Under the pieces are notes generated by a model. It did not search any database. It had not been told where the DNA came from and saw nothing but the letters and a program-made list of their open reading frames with translations. Below, one piece after another: positions 1 through 11,173 of a stretch of 20,000 nucleotides of DNA. The stretch spans positions 51,625 to 71,624 of the forward strand of contig MU271407.1 in assembly GCA_021432655.1 (NCBI GenBank), written 5' to 3'. Position numbers and translations under genes: made by a program. The first letter of the stretch is position 1. Every line of letters starts with the position of its first letter. Source of the stretch: Atractiella rhizophila (taxonomy: Eukaryota).

Positions 1-1186
1 AGGAAAGGAAGGAGATGTACGTACCGAATGCATCCCGTCCCTCAGCTCTGGCAACTTCCCAAGCGCTCAACGCCGCTTTGTACATCTCTCCCCTACTACC
101 ACGTTTTCCTCCCGAGAATTTGTGCATGTTAAGTGCGAAAAAAACGTCAAAGGATCTCATGATCTTCCTCCTCATGTTCTGCGGTACGCCTATCCATCCG
201 CATCAACATCAGAGGGGACAGAAAGTACAGGGAAGAGGAGGAAGGAAGTGGATGACATGGTCAGAGGACAAACCAGCATTGTATTCCTCCAATACCCTCT
301 TCGTCACGATCGACATCCCCTTCTTCTCCCACTTCCCTCCGTTCTCTTTCTTCCACTCTTCCCTCGCGGCGGGGAACCTCTGAGCTATGAAACGAAGAAA
401 GTTGTCAATCGAGGCTTCCACTTTCGCTTCGTGTCTTTGTCAGCAAAGTAACGTTGGGAACAGGACTCGAGGGCTTACGGGTGGTGCCTGTGGAGGGAAA
501 ATTTGTTTCTTTCGGTAGAGGAGAGTCAGACGGCGGCGTTGGGAGGGATGCGAGACGCATTCGTTTAGGGGGAGGAGGGTGAGGGAACGTGGAGGTGAGG
601 AATCCGAATCCCGTTCTATCAATCAATTGGTTAGAGCATAGGACAAAAAATAGAAGAAGAAAGCGAACACATCGAGTAGAATACCTAGCCATTCTCTGAC
701 GTACTTCCCTTCCAGCACGCCAACCTCCTCCACAGCTGAAGCTTCGTTTTCCACATCTGCCAGTCTGAAGAAAGACTGCGTGGACAAAGAAACCATCGTG
801 GGAGGTATGCTAGGCGATGGAAAATGTTTTTTGAGGTCATAAGCGATAGAATGGTGCTTCCTCGTTCCCAAACGACCATTCGAACTGGAGCTGCTTCCTT
901 CTTCAGAACTCGAAAGCCGGGAGAAAAGAGGGACAAACACAGAGTTGGTTGAAGGATTGCGAAGAAACGGGAATGAACGATGCAGGGAGAGCACAAACGG
1001 GCTCATAGCATACCACAAGCTGACACGACCACGAAACTTTTTCAGTTAGGCGGCCGGAAAGACATACCTTAGGGGGACTGAGAGCGCTCAGCAAAAGGAA
1101 GCAATAGGCGGAAATGGCAGGACGCATGAGATACATGAGGCCTCATGAGGCATGAGGCATGGCGCTAGCGAAGAGGAATTCAGCAT
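1..1186 (-). CDS. Hypothetical multi-exon protein, 3' end runs off the window, start uncertain
   Basis: Frame-consistent GT-AG introns at 1067-1020, 704-616, 478-427, 273-190 and a donor at 24 join several ORF-track fragments into ...LWYAMSPFVLSLHRSFPF...VLEGK|TGFGFLTSTFPHPPPPKRMRLASLPTPP...|KVEASIDNFLRFIAQRFPAAREEWKKENGGKWEKKG...|GVPQNMRRKIMRSFDVFFALNMHKF...AWEVARAEGRDAF. The 5' exons (ATG at 1186 and a possible 10-nt micro-exon at 1077-1068) are tentative. No family recognised. Confidence 0.6.
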
Positions 1187-1884
1187 TCTGGGAGATGATA
1201 GGCTAGTGGCGGAATTTCGACAGGGAACAGTGGTTCGCCTTCAAGTCTTCACTCACCCATTCCTTTGAATAGCGTTGGAATCCCGCCTACTATGCATTGC
1301 TCGATGTACAGCGTCATCTGAACTTTTGATTCTACCTCCTGATAGTCGTGGCAAAATATCGAGATTTGTTCTACAAATAAGATGTGCATGCCAAATGGGA
1401 TCCTTGTCTCTTACAATCGAAACATGCGCTATCACCGTCGTGATCTTGGAGGACAGATTCTGTCAAAGTATAATATATATCAAAGGGCAGGACTACTGCA
1501 CTCCAACCACAACGACTTAGGTGGACGTTTCGTCAGCATTTGAGCCTCGTCTCCACCTCCTCTCGCTCGAGGTTGGGGAACCTACTGAAGGAAAGCAGTT
1601 CCGTCAATGACCAAAGAACTACCGCTTCGCCCTGTCCTCATTCGCGTCCAACTTTGCACACATTTCAAACTGACAGACGACATCATCTGTTCTTGAACCA
1701 GGATGTGCTCGATATATACCTCGGATCTGAGGATACCACGCTAGAGGTTGGCGGGTGATGCAAACAGCGTAGTCAGACAAAAATGTAATGTGTCTATAGA
1801 TTCAGGACGATTTATGGATGCTTCATGGAATGGGGTCAAATTGGAGTTTGGAGGGTCAATAACAATGTTTTCGGTGAGGCAGGT

Positions 1885-1929
1885 TGGAGCCCAACGTGAT
1901 GGGCTCCAGAGTTCAAATATCTAACTAGT
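1885..1929 (+). mobile_element. Candidate Helitron-like 3' terminus (GC-rich hairpin followed by CTAG|T)
   Basis: Perfect 9-bp stem TGGAGCCCA-acgtga-TGGGCTCCA (1885-1908), then CTAG at 1925-1928 followed by T. No Rep/helicase ORF seen and no 5' end identified. Confidence 0.3.
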
Positions 1930-2422
1930 CGCCCATTCGCCTCTATGCCTGCCTCTGTCCTCTCCATCTTCCAACATTAGACAGAATGATGAGTTCTTCT
2001 TCTATTCTTCTGCATCTTCCCGCGATCATGTGATCTACAAGATCGATGCTGTTCATGACGTAACTTTTGACGTCGACCGTACCCAATGAAATGCTAAACC
2101 TCGTCTTGCTCCTTCACTTAGAGCCACTCAGACTTTCTTGAGAGGCATGTTAAGTCGAAGAAGACGCGCTGTGAGGAGGCAGGTAAATGCTCCCGTTGTC
2201 TTTTGCTTCGTGATACAAGGCATGGGGAATGATGGCCAGGATTGTTCAGCGGCGAAGTTTTGAGGAACGCACGTCATTCTTGCGCTGTTATCCCGACAAA
2301 AACAGGATACAGCGAGTGAATTGGGATACCTGAACAATTGCTGATGCAATAATTGAGCAGCTTCCACGCGTTTTCCTGGAATATCCTGACGTCTGCTTTG
2401 TTGATGCTTCCAACAGCAAGCC

Positions 2423-2429
2423 TATAAAA
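2423..2429 (+). promoter_or_regulatory. Putative TATA box of the CFEM-like gene
   Basis: TATAAAA followed by a pyrimidine-rich tract, about 110 nt upstream of ATG 2537. Confidence 0.55.
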
Positions 2430-2536
2430 AACCTGATCCTGATCCTTCCCTTTCCCTCATCTTCAACGCTTCAGCAGTTCTTCATTCGACTTTCGAGCTT
2501 TCGACGACTCTAACGAAACCCAAGAAATCAATCATC

Positions 2537-3502
2537 ATGATCTCCCTCCTCCTCAGCGCTCTCATCGCATCGGCCATCGCCACGCCTTACGGATACCCAG
2601 TCATCAAGCGCCAGTCCTTCCCCAACAACACTCCCTCTTGTGCTCCTTTCTGCCTCGCCGTCAAGATCACAGAACAGCCCTACCTAGCTCCAGGTACAAC
2701 TCCAGGAGATTTGGCGGCCGCTTGCAACGTTAGCAGCTTTACGGGTGCTTACGAGCAATGCTGCAGGGATCACTGCGTGCGTTTCCATTTTCTGTTAATC
2801 TGTTACTGTCGGAGTTTACTAATAAATCATTCACAGAGCAAGGATGACCTTCAAAATGCTCTCAACGCTGGAAGCGCGGTGTGCAAGTCTGCGCAAAACG
2901 GTTCGTCTTTCTAACATCTCCCTATACGTAATATCTAGCGTAATCTGACGACATCGAATGAATAGGAGACGCGCCGCCTCCTTCCTCTGTCGTCTCCAGT
3001 GCTAGCGCGGCCATCTCTTCCGTCCAATCCAGCGTCTCGTTCGTTCCCCCTCCTTCAAGCCTCAAGCCATGACGACTAACATCATGGAAACAGCCAAGAG
3101 GTAGCCTCCCTCTCCTCCTCAGCGTCCCAAGCTTCCGCCTCCGTTTCCTCTGTCGCATCCCAGCTCTCAGCCTCGCTCTCATCCGTCCGCTCCTCCCTTT
3201 CCTCTGCCGCTTCCCAGCAACTCGCATCCGCCACCTCTGCCAGTGGAGCGGCGAGCAGCATCCAGGCGAGCGTCTCTAGCGTGCTGAGCCAGGCTTCAGC
3301 GAGCGCAAGCAGTGTGTTGGCCGTACGTATTCCTGTCCTCCTTCCCAAAACACGTTTATCTCATCTTTCTTTCTCGATACAGAGCGCCACGTCTGCTGCT
3401 GCAACCCAGCAAACAAACTCAAACTCTCCGGCATCCACTCTCCAAGTCGAAAAGGCTGGAATTCTCCTTACTGTGGTCGGAGCTGTTGCTTTTATGCTCT
3501 AA
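2537..3502 (+). CDS. Secreted CFEM-like, Ser/Ala-rich, putatively GPI-anchored cell-surface protein (5 exons)
   Basis: Signal peptide MISLLLSALIASAIA, Kex2-like KR site, Cys pattern PSCAPFC...GDLAAAC...CCRDHC...VC, long Ser/Ala stalk and hydrophobic C-terminus (GILLTVVGAVAFML). Introns 2777-2836, 2901-2965, 3039-3093 and 3323-3382 are all GT-AG and keep the frame. Confidence 0.85.
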
Positions 3503-5233
3503 GCGATGTCTTTCCACAGTTTACTGTAGTAGAGGGTATGATTGATTTCACGACGTGATGTAATGATTTTCATTCTGTGAATACTTCGACGTTCGACGTT
3601 CGATATACGATGTCGTCGCTTATTGTTAATGATTCAATGCATTAAACCACTTTTAATATCATACCTGCTTACAGTAACATTCGGTTAATTAACAAAGATC
3701 TTAAATGTTACTAACTGCGTTGTAAAAGGATATCAAAGAGAGCTGATTTATTATGTATTACTGGTTAGCCAAAGTTGCGTGTGGCAAGAGGGGGTTCAAG
3801 ATCTTGATTATTTCATGAGAGGGGAGATAACAGGTGAGTCAGTCACATCTAGAGAACGGCTTGAAAGCAACAACAACAACGTTTCATCTGCAATGTCTCT
3901 TAAGGTTCTCGGTGCCTCTGTGACTTTGATGAACATCAAATAAACAACATCTGACTTTCACGAAATGGATCACTTGCCCATTCTTAGTAACAGGGAATTT
4001 TCCATCCCAGATGTGGAGCGGGCTGGAATGTGCCTCGGATCGGGTGGAGCGGGCATTGGACAAAGTAATCCGCAATCTGCCGGCAGGAACAAGAGTGAGG
4101 TGAGGAGGGAGTGCTGGAGCCGAACGGATGTTTCGCCCATTCATGGTATGTCTTCTAAACGCTGTTGTTTCAGAGCACAACTCAGTTTTCCATTGTGCCT
4201 TCTTGACAAAATTGTGGACGAGATTGAGAGTTGAAATTACTTGCTCACACTGCATTCATATTTTTGTCCGGTTGCGGAATTATTATTCTGTTCTCTCTGG
4301 CGGAATCTGCGCTCTTGTGAGTTTCGGCGTTGTAATATCTGGATTCATTGTCTTGCTTGACAAGCTACATTTACTGCCCGTCTAAATAAGCTGTTGCTGC
4401 AACATCGTTGTTCGATCAAAGTGTAACCGATGAATCTGATGCTAAGTCCTCTGAAACCTCCTTGACTATGTGGAGTTCAAGACATTTCTCCCAATCATCA
4501 ATCAGTCAGCGTTAAACGATCTTGGCATCATAACTCTGTTCAGCGCTCAACTTTCTCCTCGTTGCTGGGCTAAAGCGGAGGATGTACGTAGAATGTGTGC
4601 CTAGTTCGCATCTCACCCTATCCTTTCTCTAAGCAAAGACTGATTCCATCGCGCACCACATTAATGACGCTGCCGCCGACGTCAAAGTCACGGCGCCGTG
4701 ATTCGATGCGCGAACAAGCCACACCAATCCAGTGGGCCTTGCTTTCTCCATCGGTTCAATCGCTCCCTAGAGTAATTTCTTCGTACAGCCTACTATCAGG
4801 CAATCTTTTGACCCGCAGACTAACTACAACATACTCAGGCCGTTGCTGTGATTATTGAGGAAGTGTAACATTTTTCTTGTACGACCTTCACCTTCCTCTG
4901 TAAAGCCAGATATGATCAGCACGATCATCTTAGACCTAGATTAGTGATAATTTTGGTGATAAATTACCAACTTTGTCCTGTAAAGTCCTGCATATACCTC
5001 CCGATTGTTTGATCCTCTTTTGTTGCACTGTCCGCGGTACAGGCTTGTGTCCAGTTCATTGGCACCACCACGCCGCTTTAACCGGATTTGCTTGGGATGT
5101 TCCAATGTTATCTCGGATATTGTACAAAATCCCGCTGTTCGATGTTCCCAACAGAGGGGGGAAGCCTTTGCGACCTTCCAGTCCCAATTCGCTGCTTGAA
5201 TGAGAGCAAACCGCGTATTATAAGTGGGCTCGA

Positions 5234-6067
5234 ATGCCTCCCTTCCAGCACCCTACAGTGCGGAAGGAGGTAGAGCTAGCTAAAACATCCACTTCACTTC
5301 ATCCTAACACGTAAAACGATTTGGAAATAGATGGCCTGTAGTTCTTGCAAAACACGAAAGGTTGGCTTTGAGTTTTGCCTCGATCGCGTTCTGACCCACA
5401 GTCGCGGTTAGATCAAGTGCGATGGTAGACGACCGACCTGCACTTCGTGTTTGAGGCTGGGGAAGACCAAAGGTTGGAATTCGAACGACATCGACTGCGT
5501 CTATCCACCGCCCTCAAAATGGGCCCAGGCTGCCAACAAAATCCTAGAGGAAAACAAAGCAGAGTTGAAGCGCTTGAAAGCTGTCGAGGACCTTGAAACT
5601 CGATTGCGTAAGCTTCTTTCCTGCATTCCCGCCCCCTGATCTCTTTAATGCAGCTAATTGCTCATGTAGAGTCCTTCGAGCACAAGTTATCACTTTTTCT
5701 TGAACCCTCGTCGACAAAGGACCAGATGATGGGAATGGCAGCAGAACCGTCTTCATCTGGAGCTCGGTCGCCTTCCCTCTCCCTCTCATCGTCCATTTCG
5801 TCGTCCTCGCGGAGAGACCTATTTTCTCCTCCTTCACCGTCTTCTTCGTCCTCTTGTACCTCCTCCGTCCGCTCGCAGTCAATACCAGGTTCCCCTCCAC
5901 CGCCACGTCAGTTCGAAGAGTATGAGGATTTGGGACCAGACGAGGCATTACAGATGCTCCTTTTACACTTTCCAACATCGAGCATGCTTGATGAGCTGGC
6001 TCTATATCGTTCGAAAGCTCATCCTTCAAGCCCACATTTGTTATGGTACCCTGCCCACCAAGGCTAA
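5234..6067 (+). CDS. Zn(II)2Cys6 (GAL4-type) binuclear-cluster transcription factor, ~219 aa, 4 exons
   Basis: Exons 5234-5269, 5331-5360, 5412-5607 and 5670-6067 give MPPFQHPTVRKE|MACSSCKTRK|IKCDGRRPTCTSCLRLGKTKGWNSNDIDCVY. All six Cys are present, followed by a coiled-coil segment (LKRLKAVEDLETRLQSFEHKL), a Ser-rich tract and an acidic/hydrophobic tail. Confidence 0.88.
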
Positions 6068-6170
6068 AGGCATTAATTTATTGGTTTGCTTTTAAGTGTG
6101 CACTTTATGACTTGTATTTGGTTTGGTTTATGATTGTACAACAAATTTGGAATGTCATTAGAGTTTCTGC

Positions 6171-7496
6171 TCACTGACCCAATCGCTCTGTCCACCACTT
6201 CCTGAACCTGTCTTCCCCTTCGATTTTGTGCAAGTCCAGACCCAGATTCCCCTGTGCCTTCATTCCAAGTTTGCAGTCTTTGGGTCTCCTCGTCTCTCCC
6301 TTCGTGAGATCCGGCCCCCGGCGTATTGGAACCAAGTGCTCGAGCGATGGCTTAGAAGGCAGACACGATGCAAAGAGTTGGCACATCGTGAGTTTTGTGT
6401 AGGGCACGGAGGAGGAATAGTGTAAGATCTTGGGAAACGGAGAAGTGGTATCCTTGAGGTAAACGTCTGCAAAGTATTTGTCAAAATGCCGAGGAGAGTT
6501 TGAAAGATGCACCTGTTATTCTCAGAAGCGCTACCGCCACGTCCTGTCGTCTCAATTAGATAGAAAACGAAGAAGGACTCGAGCTCACATCTACATGAGT
6601 GGGATACCTGACTGCCCAATCATCCATATCCACCTTCTCCTTCCCAGCCTTATTGAGAACAACGTCGACCAAGATGTTGACTGCAGATTCCGCATTGTAT
6701 TCCGCCTTGCCGTATCTGGTCACTGCAATTATATTGGGCGAAGTTGGCCATGAAGACGCACAGGATGGGCACTCTGACTACCACGTTCTTGCCTTTGCCG
6801 GCAACTGTCTCTCTCTCTCCTAGCTCCTTCGTCTTCCCGTACAGATTAAGGGGTTCAGTTGGGTCCTCTTCAGCATATCCACTCTCTGGCGCATCGCCTG
6901 GTTGTCGCTGATTGAGTAACCTCCAGTCATTCTGTGTGTGAAGGGATGAACCGACCAGGGAATACGTAGTCCGTGCTCACATAGACAAGCAGTCCATCAT
7001 ACTGAGCAAGGGTGCGTGTGGCTTCCACGTTCAATCGCTCAGCAGCCGAAGGATCTTTCTCGGCGACATCGGGGCGTCTCTCAGCGGCGCAGTGCACGAT
7101 GGCTTTCTCCCTTATTAAAAATTTCCACTGGTTAAGAAGGCAGTACGCACCATCTGGTTTGTACGATTCCAACAGTGATTTTACAGCATTGGTATCTGTG
7201 AGATCGAGCTTCGTAGCACCCGGCGCAGATCGAGAGTAGGAAAGCGGGAGAACTATTGGATAGTGAGCACTAGACGGTTTACCATATGGTAGATATGCTG
7301 AACGTACCTTGGTGCCCCGCGTCGCGAAATACTCTCACAACGGATCGTCCAAGCAGTCTATTATGCTTCATCAAGTTATTTTCTTCTGCAACATTGGAAC
7401 CCAAACCCGGTGGAGCCAGTGATAAGGATTTTTGGTTTCGATTCTACCAAGTGGTGAAATGGAGGCAGAAGACCAAAGGTTGTGCACACCAGTCAT
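6171..7496 (-). CDS. RmlD (dTDP-4-dehydrorhamnose reductase)/MAT2B-like extended SDR, NAD(P)-binding, multi-exon
   Basis: Spliced N-terminus MTESKPKILITGSTG|LLGRSVV (GxxGxxG Rossmann motif), IVHCAAERRPD, YVSTDYVF, catalytic PLNLYGKTK (YxxxK), VRVPIL|YG, DDWAVRYPTH and C-terminal RRPKDC. Stop at 6171-6173. Several internal exon boundaries were not fully resolved. Confidence 0.9.
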
Positions 7497-8518
7497 TTCA
7501 AGTTAGATCTGTGGAGAAACCCTGTTAGCTATGAGGAATACTCGGATGTCGCTGGTTTGAGGGTATTAGATCTACATTTCCAGGCAGCTCCGCTCCAAGT
7601 TTGTATTTCCCCTTTCTTCTCTGCTTGTGCAATAGGTGCCAACATAAATGACATGTTAGTCTCATCAGTCTTACCATCAGTGTGCACCACAGCTCCTCTG
7701 CTCAAACAACCAATTGCACAAGATAAAGAACGTCCGTTACAGTCTCCACTCTAACGCAATGCGTCTGGATCAATAACACGAGCACTCACATCTGATTGAC
7801 CTATCAGCCCGTTTGCGACGCGCCTTTAATCTCTCTGTAGTACCTCTTCGATCAGCTACGATGTATGTACGACGAACCACAAATGTTGCACTGGCCCCCA
7901 AGGCCTCCTATCCCAGCCCCTTTTGATGTCTTTGCTGAAATGAAAATTTGAAAGTCATATTGCGGAGTTCAAGCGCTCAAGAGCATAAGACACCCGTTTT
8001 GAGTTAGTTTGCAGACACATTGTTACGGCTTGACGAGGCCAGAACTATGTGGAGCTGCGAGCTCTTCACACCAACCCCCTTTCCCGTAACTTCACTGTGT
8101 TCCAGCAAATAGGAGTCTCCCTAAAGCTGCAATGGTCGCAACCTAAAGTCTTATTCGAAGGTAACATGCGTTACGAAATAAATTCCTGATTGTTCCACGA
8201 CACGGCGATACAAGATCGTGTCAAATCCAATCCGTATGGCGCTGAGGGACGGGAGGCAGAGCATTACCGTCTTTGGGAAGTCAACATGTCAGCCTTCGCC
8301 GTTCTCATACGACATGTGTAACAAAGTTATGTAGCAAAGACGCAGTGTTCAGAATCTGACAGTCACACATGCCACGTCACTGGAACAGGTTCAGATTGCT
8401 CCAGAGAACAAATCATATTAATGCGGCTTGTATCTCTTTCAAAGAGTTTTCGAAAGGGGAAAAGGCAATTTACATCGAACGAAGGTGGTGGGGAGATACT
8501 GCAAAGAGTACGAACTGT

Positions 8519-8956
8519 CTATTTTGATGATCCCAACTTGAGCGCCTTCTGTACGCCGTCACATCCCCCTCTGACGCAAACGAATCCACCTTCTGGTCCT
8601 CCTAGGTCGCAACGAACATCCTCGGAGAAGGGACAAGGCTGTTGAAATGCTTAGCGTGGCTCTCAGCACAAGTTTACATGAAACGCGAACACAATCTTTT
8701 GGGCTGTTGACACAGTCAAAGGTGTTGCACAAATACCGGTCGCATTCAGCTGTTCCAAATATAACCGTCGTCAGAAAGATAGGATTGCCGACGAGGACAT
8801 AGGAAGACCTTGAGCCATGCTCCAGCGATATTGTTCTCCAGGCTGAGGTTCCCGCTGTTGCCTCTGCTCTGCCCTGTCGTGGTGAAAAATTTGCTCGAAG
8901 AGGTTTCCAAACTGAGCAGCAGCGAGCGCTGGCAAGAGGAGTAGGTAGACCAGCAT
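8519..8956 (-). CDS. LCL2: LCL2-like (long chronological lifespan protein 2) small secreted/ER Cys-rich protein, ~108 aa, 3 exons
   Basis: Signal peptide MLVYLLLLPALAAA followed by QFGNLFEQIF, a Q-rich linker and CDRYLCNTFDCVNSPKDC|PCP...GFVCVRGG, matching the LCL2 family pattern as I recall it. Introns 8808-8750 and 8690-8639 keep the frame. Confidence 0.8.
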
Positions 8957-9268
8957 CTTCGCTTCGAAAAAGAGTGTTGACTTAAGCGTTGGAAACAAAG
9001 AATAAGGTCCAGAGCTTAACCCACAATAAGGTTCAACAAAAAAGTAGGGTTTAGAAATGCTTGTTAAGTTTAAGATTTAAATAGAAAAAGCACAAGCCTT
9101 GTTGAGTCATACACGCGTAAAGTCATTTTTTTCCCTTGCGCTTGTGACCGCATTCATCGACCGCCCGCAATTTACACCTAAACTCCACCGACTCAGCATA
9201 TAACTCAACTCAGCTCAATTCCACTCGAATCGCCACCACCCACTTGCATAATTATCTGCTCCAGGAAC
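8957..9268. promoter_or_regulatory. Short AT-rich divergent (bidirectional) promoter region
   Basis: 312 nt between divergent ATGs (8956 on -, 9269 on +). Contains TGAGTCA (9103-9109) next to ACGCGT (9113-9118) and A/T tracts. Confidence 0.5.
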
Positions 9269-10478
9269 ATGCATACGCGTCGCACCCTGGTCTCCTTGGC
9301 CACCGACGCCCAGGGTCCCGCCTTCCGAACCCGCTCGAAAGGCCCTCCCCTCCCCCGAGTGCAGAGCACCAGGAATACTTCGAAAAAGGGCAAGAAGAGG
9401 GCGAGGGAGCTGGATGGGGACGAGTCCACGAGGCGACGGAAGAGGCAGAAATCAGAGGGTATGTGGACTACTCTCCCTTCTCCCGCGTCTCCGAGGTACG
9501 TGCTGTCATGTGCTGATGAAGACGGCAGCAGATTCGGATATCCAAGTCATTGAAAGTCAAGAATCCGAGCTATCTCCCTTCGACATCCCTCCCATTGAAA
9601 GCGCGGTGTCGGAAATCGCCAGTGCGGAATCAGCCAGTACAGAAGGGGACGAAAACGGCTGTATGCAATTTCCTCCCTTCTTCACCCGTGAATTCCATAA
9701 AAAAAACTATTCGAACTACAGTGTACTCGGATCCCTCTCGCTCTCCTTCAAGAACGATATCCCCCGCTCCAAATCCGCTCGAATACACCTTTTCCAACCG
9801 TCTTTCCCAGATCTCAAGTTTGCCTCCCTCCCCTCCTCCCCTCCAATCCCTCTGATGGATGACCTAGTCCATCGTTCCCGCTGTCGCACTCCACGAGAGC
9901 ATGATTCTTCCACTCCCACCGCCACTCCCTTCACCAAGGACGGGAAAGAAATCTCCGCCTCCTCCCTCGCGCGAACTGAACCAGACCTCGATTCCTCCTA
10001 CGTCATTCCAACCTTAACCACTCCCTGGAAGAACTCATCTACCCATCCTGACTCTCCCACCGGTTCCCTCGCTCCCACCGAACCTCCAACGCCAGATGTT
10101 TCCTTTCGACAACCCCCAATCAGAGGGAAGAAGCCGATCCCTTACATCGTCCAACTCCCTAATGGAGGCTGCGAATACAAGTTTCCGCCAGACGCGGATT
10201 TCGACTATCGCTCCCCCTCTCCCACCCCTCCCCCTACTCCGAAACCGAGCCAGGGGCCGATGCCTCTCAGGAAAGAGGAAAGGGTGAGGATTAGGAGACC
10301 GAGACTGGTGAAGCAAGAGGATGTGGAGGCGGTTTATTCGAAGGAGAATATGAGGGCGGTCACCGTGCGGGACTTCTTGTTCCCAGAAGGAGAGGAGAAG
10401 AGGAACAACCCGATAGCTTGGAAAGTGAAGATATGTGGAGGGGTGAACGAGCAACAATGGGTCGAGGCGAAGAGGTGA
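9269..10478 (+). CDS. Hypothetical Pro/Ser/Thr-rich, probably disordered nuclear protein, multi-exon
   Basis: Exon 1 has basic NLS-like clusters (KKGKKRAR, RRRKRQK). GTATGT/GTATGC/GTCTTT donors with CTGAT-type branch points join the ORFs at 9269, 9414 and 9550 (e.g. intron 9661-9721). The 3' end may splice beyond 10478. Confidence 0.65.
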
Positions 10479-11173
10479 CGGACGGGACAACGCAATAACT
10501 GGTTGGGATGGAATCGAAGAAGGAGAAGGAAGAAGTGAATACGTCGTTTGTGAATACATCACTCGGTAAATACGTCGCAGGTCCTCGAGACCTACCTCAA
10601 GCAATACTTTATCGATTTCGATCGCGATCCATTCCAACAACATCAAACTACTTATGAACATTCTGTCGTTGTTCTGTATACCCGTCCAACAACAACATTT
10701 CCTGTCTCTCAAATTCACCTGCTTCTATTTGGCTCCACGCATATCATGGTTGAAGGTTCGATGTTTCGTCTTCGGTACCTCCATTGAGGTGCATGCAGGC
10801 TTACTGTTCATTTCTTTCTCTTTTTTTCTCGAGTCTGAACCATAGAAATGTCTGAGAACTGTCTTCTGGGCTGAAGTGAATTACATATGCGTTGCTACGA
10901 TTAGTGAAATCTAAACATGTCTGTCTGTCTACCCATTACAACTCCACCAATACCAACTCATGAGAATCGCACGATTACCTTCTTCTCCATTCCTTATGTC
11001 ACCACATCGAGCAGTTCGCGGATGTAAGGGAAGAAGCGTTCGGGTGCAAGCGTTCAGAAGGGCCAGGCAATTCTTCGTCCATCCCTAGAGACAAATATTA
11101 GGGGTGGTAATGCAAGGGAGGGTCCTTATACCTGAAGCCGTTTCTCGTTCAACACGTAGATGCTCATTAGTGC

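Noticed and set aside
15..451. Plus-strand ORFs 15-383 and 122-451
   Set aside because: Antisense shadows of the spliced minus-strand gene, whose splice signals are on the minus strand.
2922..3348. Minus-strand Arg-rich and Glu/Ala-rich ORFs
   Set aside because: Antisense reading of the Ser/Ala-rich stalk of the CFEM-like gene.
3585..3603. TTCGACG tandem repeat (about 2.7 copies)
   Set aside because: Short 3' UTR slippage repeat with no spacers; not a CRISPR array or other functional array.
3884..4385. Overlapping 85-123 aa ORFs on both strands
   Set aside because: No recognisable motif or consistent splice model; compatible with chance ORFs.
5544..6035. 163-aa minus-strand ORF
   Set aside because: Antisense to the Ser-rich exon of the Zn2Cys6 gene.
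6171..7496. Idea that the RmlD-like gene is a bacterial transfer or part of a rhamnose biosynthesis cluster
   Set aside because: It has many spliceosomal introns, carries the AAERRPD motif typical of eukaryotic MAT2B-like members, and no other rml genes are nearby.
7500..8420. Intergenic stretch with short ORFs and isolated splice-like motifs
   Set aside because: Could not assemble a gene model, and found no repeat or RNA-gene signature.
10035..10718. 227-aa minus-strand ORF
   Set aside because: Mostly antisense to the Pro-rich plus-strand gene; composition is typical of a shadow ORF.
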